This document shows, piece by piece, positions 14,101 through 46,369 of a stretch of 64,000 nucleotides of DNA (positions are counted from its first letter, which is position 1; each line of letters begins with the position of its first letter). The notes under the pieces were generated by a model. It was not told the DNA's origin. It did not search any database and was given only the letters and a program-made list of their open reading frames with translations. Location of the stretch: positions 1-64,000 of the forward strand of contig NW_020847584.1 of NCBI RefSeq assembly GCF_003704095.1, written 5' to 3'. Origin of the DNA: Pocillopora damicornis (Eukaryota). The translations under genes were made by a program, and so were the position numbers.

Positions 14101-15846
14101 TTAATTGGTTGGAGCAATCTAACTGGGAGCGATCTAACCATGGTGTGATCTAACTGTAACTCATGTCATCAATAAGACAAAATGGTGGTTGGGTGTGGCA
14201 AAGCTTAGATTAAGGGCTGAAGTCATAAACCAATGATAATAGCCCCCAAAAGTCTGAGGGAATGAATATGTTGTTCGGTGTTTTTTTGGTCTTCTTTTTT
14301 TTTCATTCATATAATGAACATGGGTTGCTATAGTAGTTTGTGCTTTAATCATGTTTAACTTAGAACTTTCCCCTGAGATACAGTAAAAAGAACATTGAAC
14401 AAACCAGCGTAGCAATATCCTCGTGTTTCATTGGTACATCCCAGATATAGATCTCTTTGACATGAACATATCGATTACTCCTTATAGCTGCCACAAGTGG
14501 TGAGACTTTTACAGGTATTTCATCTGTTGGACCTGGGGTTAAAATAAACTGTTGACAAACAAGAAAAGTAAGTCAACAGGGGAGGATTCATGCTTTACAA
14601 AGTCAGCCCTGTGAATCTGCCCAATGGACAACATTATGAAAAATTTTGTTTCTGAATTCAGTCCTGTGAAATACACTTACTTGTACCAACACTAACAAAA
14701 TCCACCAATGAAAGCAAATGCAATATGCTGCTTAATAGCCACATTCAAATTATGCTTTACAAATATTTGTATTTTGTCCTTGAACTCTTAATCACTTGTG
14801 CATTTCTGTTCAATAAACTTTCTCCTGTATAGGGGAGAAAAAAAAACTATAATTTCCAAGAAAAAAAAAAAAACTATTTGGACCTTGCAGTGCAAGTAAA
14901 ACACAATGCTATACTTTAAGTTCCATCACCCATCTAGCTGAGAAAATGTAGTCAAGGTGCACAGCACATTGTTCTGTTGGTAGGTCCTTGAGCACATGGA
15001 ACCATATGGAGTATGTGTGACAAGCTGCTGCACTGCATGTGTAATTTGGGGTTGAAGCATAGGGGACTGTCAAAGTAGGCAAGGTGAATGATGTTTTTTT
15101 GTAATTTTTGTTCTTGATAATTACCAACACCTGTCTGTTACATGTATTTTATATTTACAAATAAAAAAATTGGCTGCTCCAACCAAAATAGAACCAGTTA
15201 TCTGCTATTAATATTTGAAAGAAAACAATCATGCTGCTTTTCTATACTGTGGAATCATATCAATTATATACATAATGTTTAGAATATCTTGCCTAAATCC
15301 TGAATTTCACTCACTTCTGGTATTTGTATCCATGGTCTTTTAAAATAAATCAGGATGACTGAGTAACTGAAAAGGTTGACTTTCTTTCTAGTGACACCAT
15401 TTCACTTTGTTACAAAAACATCCTTGATCTAATGTCACTTTATGACAAAACCTTGTGAGCAAGCTTCTCAGTAACAGGTAAAAGGAATGCAATATTAGAG
15501 GGGTTCACATTATGCACCTTATTAACTCTTACTAAACCACAACACCAGTGCCTTTCCTGCACCAACCTCTCAGTAGCACCTTACACACTTGCAGTAATTA
15601 CCAAAAAGTAAGCAGGTATGTTTTTGTTTTACTCACCTTTGCCAAAAGAGAGTTACTTTCAGCATACTGGTTGATAAGTTTCTTCACATCTGGATGCACA
15701 TAACTATTGAAATCCTTACATTTCACTTCATATTGGTGCCTGACTGACTTCAGAAGATCTGCAATACTCTGTAGACCCTTCAATCCTTTTTTGGCACTCT
15801 TCTTTCCTATTGCTTTTTTCTTAATTGCCTTTTTTCCCACTGGCAT
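2164..15846 (-). CDS. Uncharacterised RNI-like leucine-rich-repeat protein with Lys-rich tracts, ~432 aa, 10 coding exons
   Basis: Hand-spliced exons, all GT-AG and phase-consistent: 15846-15637, 14548-14405, 12085-11994, 11366-11319, 7086-6946, 6328-6110, 5506-5306, 4338-4232, 2553-2429, 2175-2164 (1299 nt). LRR-type units include LTALVLDYNKFGDSGCSGL, LLRLSLCYCNLGSQSGELL, IRDVYLDGNFLECEGVIEL, IQKLHLLNNGIDAYG and LQELDLDDNAIGDLGGREI. The last 12-nt exon is the least certain. A probable non-coding first exon has its donor at 17780. Confidence 0.85.
8290..9800 (+). mobile_element. Degenerate non-LTR retrotransposon (CR1/L2-like RT 3' part), interrupted by a solo LTR
   Basis: VPQGAVLSPLLFCIYLNDLP, YVDD, AKDLGVIL, KLQSIQNFA and LNWLPV, with many stops. 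Confidence 0.85.
8607..9139 (+). mobile_element. Solo LTR (533 bp) with 5-bp target-site duplication
   Basis: Begins TGTCA and ends TGACA. Flanked by TCCTT at 8602-8606 and 9140-9144, with an internal AATAAA near 9035. Removing it restores the LINE frame (QVSFLG*ILQPATSAKDLGVIL). Confidence 0.82.
10338..11005 (-). mobile_element. Second Polinton pPolB fragment, within LRR-gene intron
   Basis: GISTISNGFANNKYMG, YGWAM-like FHGWAMCQPLP, DLKYPKELHDLHNNFPLAPE and EKEFLKLMNTAVFGKTMENIRNH. It is homologous by eye to 43500-44080. Confidence 0.9.
12945..13210 (-). mobile_element. tRNA-derived SINE-like repeat (reverse copy with internal partial duplication)
   Basis: Reverse complement of the 13330-13540 copy. 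The segment 'acctcagac...gattc' occurs twice. Confidence 0.75.
13330..13540 (+). mobile_element. tRNA-derived SINE-like repeat
   Basis: A-box GGTGGCTCAGTGGTAGAG and B-box-like GGTTTGATTCCT, followed by a tail (ttttctttgtcccatgctc...gacaaaaaacatctttctcta) that recurs at 13215-13280. Confidence 0.78.
13665..14160. mobile_element. MITE / non-autonomous DNA transposon
   Basis: The left end ggttagattgctcccagttagattgctccaa is the inverted match of the right end ttggagcaatctaactgggagcgatctaacc. No coding content. Confidence 0.75.
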
Positions 15847-17449
15847 TGTATCTGTAGCAGCTGGAGATAATATAACAAAAAAAAATTGATTTAAGGATTT
15901 CAATTTCTAAGGTGCATGGTGCAATGTTTTGGTACTTTTTGTGCATACTAAACTATTAGCTTGAAAGTGAAAAGTACTATTCACTTAATTACCACAGGTA
16001 TTCCTCTCCAAGCAGCTAATACACATTATAGTAGACAAAACTACACAAGAGACTAACTTATTACTGTTTTTCTGTATATCAACAGAAATTGTATTTCATG
16101 CTTGGTATATATAATTATCCAATTCAGTGTCAGTGAAAGTGACAGATAATTACCTCCCGTTGGTTGTACAATAGGCCATTTTTAATATATTAAAATTTCT
16201 AACTTGGTTCATGTGCATGTTTACATTCAACCGATCACTATTATATTCATTGCAGTTGATGGTACTGGACCATTCCTTCTCATCATGCAATTTTCTTGAT
16301 ACTATTGGCCATTTCATAATCTTTGAAAGGGTATTAATATCAAATATTATAATTATAACATACAGTGTATGTGCAAGGCATACCTATTTCCTAATGTAAT
16401 TTCTGCAATTCAAATATATGACTTTCATACATTCACAGTCATTTATGCTCCATACTCTCATAAAGCATGTTACAATAAGGCAATCAGAATCCCTGTTAGA
16501 ATGGTTTGAAAAAATCCGATTGGCTGTACAAGACTAACGCTGTCAAAAATATCAAACCATCACAGTTCAAAAACCATTAAAGTTCACATTCTCCAATAGT
16601 TTACAAACTTAATAGTTTGGCAGGTTGAATTTAACACTTTTGGCTGAAGTTTTTTAGTCTCCAATGCAGAATCTGAAAGTGAAATGTTCTGAAATGCTTA
16701 ATTGTAACTCATAAAACACACAAGTTTTTTCAACATGACAATTAGAAAACAACCTGTTCAAGCATGTGTTTTATGAATGAATGACAGCTCAATTTACCAG
16801 ATAGTGAAAATCGCTCAGCATGACAGCACCTTAAAATTTGGCTGCCATGACTGATGTGACCTTCCACTCATCGTGTAGGAAAAGATATCAGAGCTAGCTC
16901 TAAGTTGTTCTCTCGCAGGGTGGCCAATGTATTTCCGTGGCTTACTTGACTGCGATAACTGGAGATCACCATGATGAGCTAGCTGTGTTGGACCTCAGCA
17001 TGCTTGTGGTCACTCTGACACCATCATGATTAGTATGAATTTTAACAGTCACACCAATTTGGCTTTATTTTCATCATTCCGGTTTTGTTCTGTTTTGTTT
17101 TGTTTTTTAACACAAAACTATGTACTACATGAGTGTTAGCTGTGTTTGATTTTTATTACCATCTGTAAACTTGCAATCTAATTGGGTGTGAAAACCTTCA
17201 AAACTTGGTCTGTCCAGTTCGTTTTCTCTTTGAGGATTTTTTGTCTCTGCTCTCATCATTCTTCAATTACAGCCCCTGGCATGTTTACTAATTGTTGTTT
17301 GGTTTGTCTGTTGCTATTTTCCAACTTGCCTGTTCCCAAATTTCACTTTCAATTGCAAAAAAAAAAAAAAAAACTAGAGAAAAGTCCTGGAAAAGGTTGG
17401 ACATGGTGCAATTTGGCAGATGGCATGACAGCTTTAGCTAACCTCTATG

Positions 17450-18025
17450 CTCTCTACTCTGGTGGAGCTGGCTCTTTCAACCAATGACATCGCGCGTTAT
17501 ATCCCAACTTGATCATAAATATTAATAGGGCGTTACTGGCTAAGCCAGTAACCACATCAACGAACATTGCCGAACCTGATTCGAAAAACTGCCGATAACC
17601 TCCGGAAATAGTCAAATGTTCCGGACTCACTCACTTTCTTACAAATCACACCTGACAGAGCAATGTTGAAGAAACTTAATCACGCATTTGAATACACTAA
17701 GATGCCGTATACTACACATCCTTACTTTTGAGACTATTCCTACTTAGTTGTCATTTTCTGAAATGCAAGCTGATACGTACCTGGTGCTGGAAAACAAATT
17801 ACATATCAAGTGGTACCTTGAAAGTTTAAATCGCAAGGTACTTTATCTCAGGTAACATCAGGTAAGAGAGGAGATACCAAAGTCTGCTTTGTTGGTGAAG
17901 TTCAACTTAATTTTGTGATACAGGAGACCGCAAGAGCCATAGCAGTTGTTTGTTGATTCTCGCTCATAGCAACTTGGCCGATAAAACCTGGACACTAAAG
18001 TAGACGTCATACATCCACAACAAAG

Positions 18026-18035
<10 letters not shown>
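17450..18035. promoter_or_regulatory. Putative bidirectional promoter shared by the LRR gene and RUBCN
   Basis: Local CpG enrichment between divergent genes. RFX X-box-like half site CATAGCAAC at 17965-17973, CRE-like GACGTCA at 18003-18009, and YY1-like AAGATGGCG overlapping the RUBCN ATG. A minus-strand donor CAG|GTACGT lies at 17780. Confidence 0.6.
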
Positions 18036-38033
<19,998 letters not shown>

Positions 38034-39087
38034 CCTTACAGATTTGTCTAGTCTGTAGATAGTTGAGATCAGTGTCAAATCAAAAATGATAATATACAAA
38101 TTCAGTAAGGGCTAAAACCCCTTGAGGATGATCGCTTTTGACATGTTTGACTGATTATTGACTGATTAGATTATTCAAGCAACTATAAGCCGTATCAATA
38201 AGCAGAAATGCGGGGAAAGTTAGTTTAAAAAACCATTTTGGTGTCCCTTTGCAATTGGGGCTGAAAGAATTTTACTCATGAAAAAGCAATTTATTTCATA
38301 ATGCAACCGTAAGAAGTACACTTGGTTTTTTCATCCTGCAAATGGTATGACAGGATTTAATACATCACGCAATTAAAAAATGCAAACTAACAAACAGCAA
38401 ATGTTCTGATCTAGTTTTCTTTTTATGAAGTCTTACTTTTCTACACATGTAACTTATTCTACCCTGTACTTCTCAGAGTTCTCGCATAGGTAATCTTATT
38501 CTTTAAAATTATTTTTCCTATATTTCCTTGAAAAATGAGTCAAAATAAATTTTTATCAGTTTTTATAGAAAAAAAAAGAAACCCTAATTGAAAGTACAGA
38601 TTGGGGAACTTACAAAATATATTTTAAATGCCAGTTTTCTCACTCGGGAGGGAAGTGTAGGGGTGTATAAAGTAATTAAAAACATTTACATCTGAATCAG
38701 AAAATTTTTCAAGGAAAAAACTTGTAATTTTTCTACAACACGGACAAATCAATAAATAGTTTTTTCGTACATAAGCATCTCAAGTTTGAATTTTTTTTAG
38801 TTCAACATTAAACAAATGTTTGCTAGTTATCCTCGACTTGGGGTTTTTGGACGATCAACTCCTGTTTGCATTGTTTTAAAACAACTTGCAAGGCTGCTAT
38901 ATTCAATCAATAGTTCAAGTGGGCACATTTTTTATTAAAATGAATGGACTGTTATATTAGTGAGTAGTGATCGCATCATTGTTGAGCTTGTATATCTGCT
39001 TGGACTTGCAAGAACATGCCCTGTGTGTTGTAAAATTGCAAGTGAAGTTCATGCCCTGCCATCGCTTAGCAAGTGGGTGAATACCAT

Positions 39088-40030
39088 CGAACCATTTACT
39101 TAGCTACCTCACTGTAACCGATTGGACCATTTAAACGAGTTGTACCATTTTATTCAGTATGATCATTTTTAACCCATTACCCTCTTTTAACGAGTTTAGC
39201 CACTTTTTTTAATTAGACCGTTTGAACTGGTTAGACCATTTAAAACTCATTTTCCCAATTGGACCATGTCAACAAGTTGGACCATTTACCGATTTAGACC
39301 ATTTTATGCAATTGGACCATTCTAACTGGTTTGACCAATTTAACCAGTTCAATCATTTTAAACCATTTAAAAGTGGTTGGATCATTTTACATGGTAAGAT
39401 CATTTTGAATGATTGGACCATGTATACGAATTGGACCATTTTCGCTGGTTAGACGATTTCTACCGGCTTGACCACTTTTATCTTTTTAGACTTTCAATTG
39501 TTTGGACTATTTTAGCTAGTTACACCATTCTTAACCATGGACCATTTTGGCAGGCTGCGTTATTTTAACCAGTCAGATTATTTTCTTAGACAAACCATCT
39601 TCCAGTTAGGCCATCTTCCAGTTAGGCCATTTTAACCAATTGTGTTCTTTCTGTTGTTAGACAATTTTACCTGATTAAATGATTATAACTAGCTCGACTA
39701 TTTTATCTAGTCAGGCTTACCAACGTAACCCCTTGGACTATGTTAAGCAGTTGGAACATTTTATCTATTAATATGGTTTTAACCGAGTAAACCATTTAAC
39801 ATCTTCCACTGATTTGTTTATGTGGACCATTTCTGCTATTTGAACCATGTTACCTACTTGGACCATTTTGAACGATTGAACCATTTTATCCAGTTAAACC
39901 ATTTTAAGCAGTTGCCCCACTTTAACCAATGGGCGCATTTTAGCAGTTGAACCATCTTATCTAGTCAGATCAATTTAAGGGGTTGGACCACTTTATCTAT
40001 TTGAACTATTTATCTATATGGATCATTTTA
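39088..40030 (+). repeat. Degenerate ~20-bp minisatellite, same family and orientation as 203-785
   Basis: Repeated ttggaccatttt(a)accag-like units over ~940 bp. Confidence 0.88.
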
Positions 40031-40297
40031 CGCCCGATAATTTCTACCTATTTGGTTCTATTCAAATGTTTCTTTATAAACCCTGGTTTCCCGCTGCAGT
40101 AAAATGTACCGTGAACCAATCAAATGACGTGCGTGATTGGTGCCAGTACAGGTTTAAATGGGTAAGTCTGGCCAATTATATCTCCTAAACAAATCTTTTT
40201 GACCAATCGTTTTCCTTTTACTTTTCGAGACAGCCAGTGGTAGGGAAACTTTAAGGGGAGTTTAAAAAAAAGTGTTCGCAAACTTTTTCAGTTATTC

Positions 40298-40305
<8 letters not shown>

Positions 40306-40356
<51 letters not shown>
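40306..40356. repeat. (TA)n microsatellite
   Basis: Uninterrupted TA run. Confidence 0.97.
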
Positions 40357-40362
<6 letters not shown>

Positions 40363-40394
40363 AAGTAACCCCATGTTAGCGAGTGGTATGTTGC

Positions 40395-40560
40395 TCTCAT
40401 CAATCAGATCGCCGCATTAGAGTATGTATCTTGCACCAGTCAGATTGCCGCATTAGGTATCGCACATATCAGATTGTCGCATTAGGGTATGTATCTCGCA
40501 TTAATCATATCATAGAATTTGGATATCTTGTTCCAATCCCAGCGTTTGGGTATTCTTTTC
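40395..40560 (+). repeat. Short tandem repeat, ~30-36-bp unit (caatcagattgccgcattagggtatgtatctcgca)
   Basis: Three to four degenerate copies are visible. Confidence 0.75.
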
Positions 40561-40692
40561 TTGTAAATGATCTCATGGAATCAGGGGGCCGTACAAAAAG
40601 AGTGACGTTCACCAGAAACTTTGGGCTTGTTTGAAACTGTAATGGTTGTCGCCTTCGCTAGAGCCTCGTCTATTGAGGTCGAGATTCGGTCG

Positions 40693-41525
40693 AGGTTCGC
40701 ATTAATTTTATTCTGTTATTTTTAAGTTAAACGTGTTTTTGCGCTCCTTTTCTCACAACGTACACGCCAAACAACTTCCGATCAGAACATACCCAATTGT
40801 TGCACTACATTTGGCAATTTTTCAAGAGCTTGAATTTTATTCAACCAATCAAATTCCATTTTGCCACACCAGACTTCGCTCCATCACATGGTATTTTATG
40901 GTAGACAACCTGCATTTTATCACGTATTCTAACAGCATTATCCAACCCCATTGAAAAAAATTTACATAGAACTTACTACTACTGATAGTGAATTTTCAAT
41001 GCAGTTCTCTCGCGTTTGGCCTTTTTCTAAAAATAATATTCACTTTCAGCTACCTTGGACTTACAATACAATACAATACAATAACCTTTATTTAACGAGG
41101 TCGAGATTTATCGGGATATGAAAGGTTCGCATTTTAATTTTTTAAGTTAAACGTTATTTTCGCTCCTTCACTAACAACGCACACGCCAAGTAACTTACAT
41201 TCCATCACGTACCATGAAAACGAAGTCCAAAGTCCAACCATAACATGAACAACCGTTGCACTACATGAACATTAGGCAATTTTCCACGTGCTTGAATTGC
41301 ATTTTTCCTATAAACTCCATTTTGCCATAATAGAACTTTATCCTTCACATGACATTTCCTTATAAACAACCTGCATTTTATCACGTATTCTAATCGCATT
41401 GTCCTACCCCACTGAAAACATTTCACACGGAACTCAGTGCCACTAATAGTGAAATTTCCACGAAGTTCTTCCGCGTTTTGACTTTTTCTACGAATAAAAT
41501 TTGCTTTAAGTGACCTTGGACTTAA
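40693..41525 (+). repeat. Diverged ~400-bp tandem duplication
   Basis: 40693-41064 and 41123-41524 share ggttcgcatt, ttaagttaaacg, acaacctgcattttatcacgtattctaa and accttggactta. Confidence 0.85.
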
Positions 41526-42249
41526 CCCAATCGCGTGTTTCTTATAAAACGATGTGCATCTTATCACGTATTTCACACACAGAGGGCAAAGGGAACAACC
41601 AATCGGGAGCCCTCTTTGAAATCTTATCCTTTTCCCTTGTTCAATATATCTTCACTTGTACGAGATCACAGTATATCTGTGGTTAGGGTCTAATAGAGGT
41701 ACAGCAGAGTTTCAGTTTGCTTTTCATAATAAAATTACGTAGAATTATATTTTTGAGGTGAGTAAGTGTAGAAAAATAATTTTGATTTTCTCTGTAAGAG
41801 GAACGGCAGTAAGCGTAGTCTCCTTCGCAACCGCTATTTGGTTTCGTCACGCGACGTGCTCTCTCGCAAACGAGAAATAGAGGGCGTTGTGTCACGAGAC
41901 CAAACAACGGCTGCCTGTAAGCTGGTTGTAATCCTGTCGCTCCGCAGTTTTCCCCTTCAGGGCCTGGATCTTTCGGATCTTCGGATTGCTATGAACCACC
42001 TTTCTTCCTCTTTTCCTCTCTTACTCTTTTCTTGTATTCAGCAAGCTTTTTGCCAGCTGCGACACGCCTAGGGCCTTTATTTGGTCCTGTCTTATTTCTA
42101 TCAGTTGAAGTCACTTGTTGAGCTGGTGCTTCTTTAGTCCTAGGTTCTTAATCATCCATTTTACTTGTTGATATAAAATTAAAGTTCTTATTCAAGTACT
42201 TATTTAAGTTCTTATGGAAGTTCTTATTCAAGTACATGATAAGAACTTA

Positions 42250-42760
42250 TGTATTCACTTTCTTCACAATTACTATCCGTTTCCTTATCCTTGATCAAGG
42301 GTACTTCAACAATTTTTGCAATGAGAAGAGCAGCACTTGCAATTGCCATGTACCTTCCCTACTTTAGCATCAATCCATTAGCAATCATTCCAAGTTCTCT
42401 CTTTACCATGAAGTTATCATTCAAGTCCTTCAGAAGATTTCCTTCGCCAACAGGAAGAAAATGAGCCAATCCTTTACATGAGAGCTGAAGAAATGTATCA
42501 ATTGAAGACAAGAAGCTTCATATATCTTTAAGTACTTCTCAAAATCTTTTTTAGCAAGCTTCATGACTTGATCCTGATTGATAGATACACCAATCCTTTC
42601 CATTGTTTTACCACTTGCAACGAGAATAGCGAGTTGCTGATGATGTTCCACTACTATGCGGCCGGCCCCTTCGGGGCTTGAATCGCTTGCTGAACATCAG
42701 AATCAGCATCAAAACATCACTAAAAGCGCTTTTTTCCATGTCAATCATCTCCATTTTGTT
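42250..42760 (-). pseudogene. Hypothetical Polinton-element protein fragment
   Basis: Broken ORF (HQQLAILVASGKTMERIGV...; GLMLK*GRYMAIASAALLIAK) directly downstream of the ATPase and co-oriented with it. Confidence 0.5.
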
Positions 42761-42897
42761 TAAGAAATAGAATATTTTCAAGGAAGTTCGAAATCAATGC
42801 AATAAAGATGGCGAAGTGAGAAGATGAGATGTAAATACTTTTCACTCTTTAGCTTTGCCATCAATTGCTTCTGCTCATGTTCTTTCAACTCATTCTT

Positions 42898-43380
42898 CTA
42901 ATCCGCGCAAATGATCTTCATAACTTTTGCAGATGGTGTGTACAAGAGAACTAATGCAGTAGTGTTCTCTCTGAGTGGTTTTGCAATGCTTGTCACCCGT
43001 TGCTTGAGGACCCAAACGCTGATTCCCTTATGTCTTGCGCTAAATGTCAAATCCATGAGTTCATTCCTCCTCTGCTTCACTCCTCTTGAAGCAGCGCAAT
43101 CATCAAGAATCATCATTGTATTTGTTCCCTCATACACATAACTGATAATCTTGAGCCAATCATTAATCTGACCTTGGAGTGAGGTCAAGATAAGTAGGCC
43201 CCCTTCATTTTCTGTGAAGCCATCAAACGCCTTGTTGTGGATCAATGTTTGATAGAGGAGAACGATTTAATCAAACGTTCCTCGGAAAGTGGTACACATG
43301 AGATTGACCAGGTATCTTGTTTTTCCTGAGTTCGTTGGTGCGATTATTAATGCATTGAATGGAATGTTATCAGGATTCAT
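42898..43380 (-). pseudogene. FtsK/A32-like genome-packaging ATPase, disrupted
   Basis: MNPDNIPFNALIIAPTNSGKTRYL (Walker A-like), then MMILDDCAAS (Walker B) and FSARHKGISVWVL (arginine-finger region). A frameshift or stop lies between the two parts. Confidence 0.88.
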
Positions 43381-43399
43381 ATTTTTTATTGATTTAATT

Positions 43400-45600
43400 G
43401 ACGAGCTCTTTGAGGCTTATCGAACTTAAGTTTTGTCTTCTTCATGAGTCGCTACCAAATCTTCATTGAATGTTGCGCAATGCTTGAAGTTTGGTTTTGC
43501 TGCAAGTTTCAATGCTTTCTTTCTGTCATTTTCCATGTTTTTTCCGAAGACAAATTGTTCATCAACTTGGAGAAATCTTTCTCGAAGTCATTCTTTGCAT
43601 TCGCGCGCAGCTTTGTGTTGAACTCGATGTAACTCCCAAGCCAAGGCTCTTCCTCAAAACTTATACCCCTATGAATCTTTTTAATTCTCAAACCGAGATT
43701 GAGATACTGTTTCAGTGTCTTATGATGAGCTCTGTATCTCTCTTTATCACTCAGATTTGGAATCAGTTTTTCTATGCCATTAAAAATAAATCTCTCCGCA
43801 GCAAGTGGATAATCTTTTTGAAGATCGTGTAGCTCTTTTGGATACTAAAGGTCAACTTCAAGGATACAAGGAATATCTCGCCGGTTGTTAAAGCCAGAAA
43901 TCCATCTGAAATCTCTAACAGGAAGAGGTTCATACATTGCCCATCTATAAAGACTGTTTGCATCGAGTTAGATGATGCATTTTGTTGGCTTTGCTTCATC
44001 ATAAGCTTTACTTATATCAGGATTATTTGCCCTTCCAAAGTTATTGGATATCATTGAAACGCCTTCCCGAATTCCTTTTTCAATCATCAACAACATGTCA
44101 GTGAGTAATTCAAGTTGTTCATCAGTCTCTTTGAAGGCAGCATCCTAAGCCAATCCAGGAGCGGTGTAATACCAAGCAGGGTCGAACCTATAATTCTCAT
44201 GATACACGTTTCTGAATTCTTTAAAGGAGAAGGTATTTCTTAGGATAATGGTCATGGTAATCACCCACAGCCTTCATTTTTAACTCTTTCCAGGCCTTCT
44301 GTGCATGCTCATAGTCTTCATGCGAGATATCGCTGTCGTTCAGCTTTGAATAGAACTCTTCTTTGGGAGGCAGTTCTGTCTCATTGAACTTTTCAGTGCT
44401 GCTCATGAAGTCATAAGGGTACACACCCTTTCTTGAGCTGAACTCGATTTTATCCTTAAAGACTTTCATGGTTTCCTTCAGCTTCTCAAGACTCAATTTT
44501 GCGACTAAACTATCGAGGAAAGAGCCATGAACTTGAAGCTCTCTGTGAAGCAAAACTCATTCTTGATGTCAGCTTCTTTAGGCCCGTGGTCCGGCCTTTG
44601 CCTACCTTCTTTGTGAATGAAAGAGCTAACAACGACATCTTTGCTGAAGCTGATGTACTTTTCCTCATTATTGGAAAAGCATTTGATGTTTCCTTCGGTC
44701 TTTACGAGATTATCCATAAGAAGACGAGAGTCGTAGTTTGCCAAATTGTGAAAGATGACATGAGTGAACTTCAGCTTCTTGCATTTGTAGTGAGCTGCTC
44801 CACGATACTTCCCCGTGAAATGGCAGTGGTCCCTCACTTGTCAGCCTTTGGCCGGGCCTCAGAGCGGTCTTTGTTATTGTCCAATGAACGCTTGCAGATC
44901 CAGCAATGTGTTGCATTGTTGAACTCACGCCTGACTTCATTTGTAAGATCATCTTCGTGGCAAAGTCGAATTTCTTATGAATCTTCTTGATGTTTTCTTC
45001 AATCATTTCAACAAAGATCTGAGCAATATCTTTATCTTCGTTGTTTGTGTTATAGATGACTGGCTCTTGTGTGAACAAGGCTTATCATCGGAGCAGACAA
45101 TGTGATGGCAGAACCCACATGGCTTATTCCTTTGATATTTATTTGTGAAACTCCTTTCACTGCTTTGCTCACATGTGTCAATCAGATTTGTTAGTGATTC
45201 AATTTCAGTGTAAATTACGAATGGAACTCTAATAGAGCGATTTTGATTCTTGAATTGGATTCCTTCACCATTTACTTCCAGCATCACGTTCCAGACTACT
45301 TTATTGTTTGAGCAGTAAAGATCGTGAATTGCTTGTTTTTGGATTAGCAATGAATTCTGAATTCCGCAAGATGGATGTCAAGAGATATCACTCTTTAAAA
45401 TTTTCAGTTGCTTCCTCTTAAGTTAAATTCTGAATTACCTCATCAGATATTTGCATTAAAACATCAAATACTTCTAATTTGTCTGTTGCCTTAGGACCTT
45501 CGATTACTTCGGTGTGGAAAAATGTATCTTAAAGCTGGACTGATCCATCTTCATTTTCTCTCACCATCTCACACGAGAGTATCATATTAACCTTCATTTG
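43400..45600 (-). pseudogene. Protein-primed family B DNA polymerase (pPolB), fragmented
   Basis: Motifs in the expected order across frameshifts: IRVPFVIY, CWIC...RDHCHFTGKYRGAAH, IFHNLANYD, EKYISFSK, RKGVYPYDFM, FDPAWYYTAPGLA, GIREGVSMIS, DANSLYRWAM, YPKELHDL, KNDFEKDFSKLMNN. Confidence 0.92.
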
Positions 45601-46369
45601 ACGATTCTCTCTCATTATCCATAAGACTTCTGGTTTGGCCTTTTCCATGAACTCTCTCCATCCAAAACCTGGCGCTCCGCGGTCTGGATCCGAAGGATCT
45701 TCAATTCTTTCAATTCTAAATTGTCTAATGAACCTCTTAACGCACTGACCGACTCGCGAATTTCAAACTGACGAGTTTTGTAATTTTTAACGAGCTCATT
45801 CCATTCAGCTCCGCTGGATAAGTCCTCTGAAGTAGACCTTCTCAATCCAAGCATCTCTTCGATTTCTCTGATTTCTCTTGTTCTTTTTCATTTACTTCAA
45901 CTTGAGGTCTAACAGGGAAGCCTTCGGCCAGGCCGCGTAGCGGCACATATCTTGTTGGTGTTAGAACTGGTGCATCAATCTTTGGAACTGGATGGTCAAG
46001 AATATTAGATATCAACTGAAACAAATCCTGTTTCTAAATCTTGAATATCTTTTGAGTCCGAGTTGTTTTGCCTCAGTTCTTAATTCTGGAACCTTTTGTT
46101 TTCCATTTTAGAGATGTTAAAAAGGAACTTTTTTAAAATCGAAATCTTCAGCGTCGAAGTGCTTCCTTCAAGTTCTTCTCTCTGATTCTCAAGAGCATCA
46201 ATACGCTCTTGATTTTCCGTTATAATTTCTCTTACTCTTTCTCTTATAGCCTGGTCTTCATTCTAGTCATCGGCAATCTTCTGATCCTCCTGAATAGACT
46301 TCTGCAACTCTTGCCCTGGGCCAAGTGAGATCCTTATTTGTTTTTCCCACCTCCAAAGCTTAATGACAA

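Noticed and set aside
39088-40030. CRISPR-like regularly spaced repeats (also 203-785)
   Set aside because: The units are contiguous and degenerate with no unique spacers, there are no cas genes, and the context is eukaryotic. It is a minisatellite.
44499-44990. 163-aa plus-strand ORF, and similar short ORFs in the track
   Set aside because: It is an antisense shadow of PolB with no independent motifs. Most other short ORFs are intronic, repeat-derived or antisense to exons.
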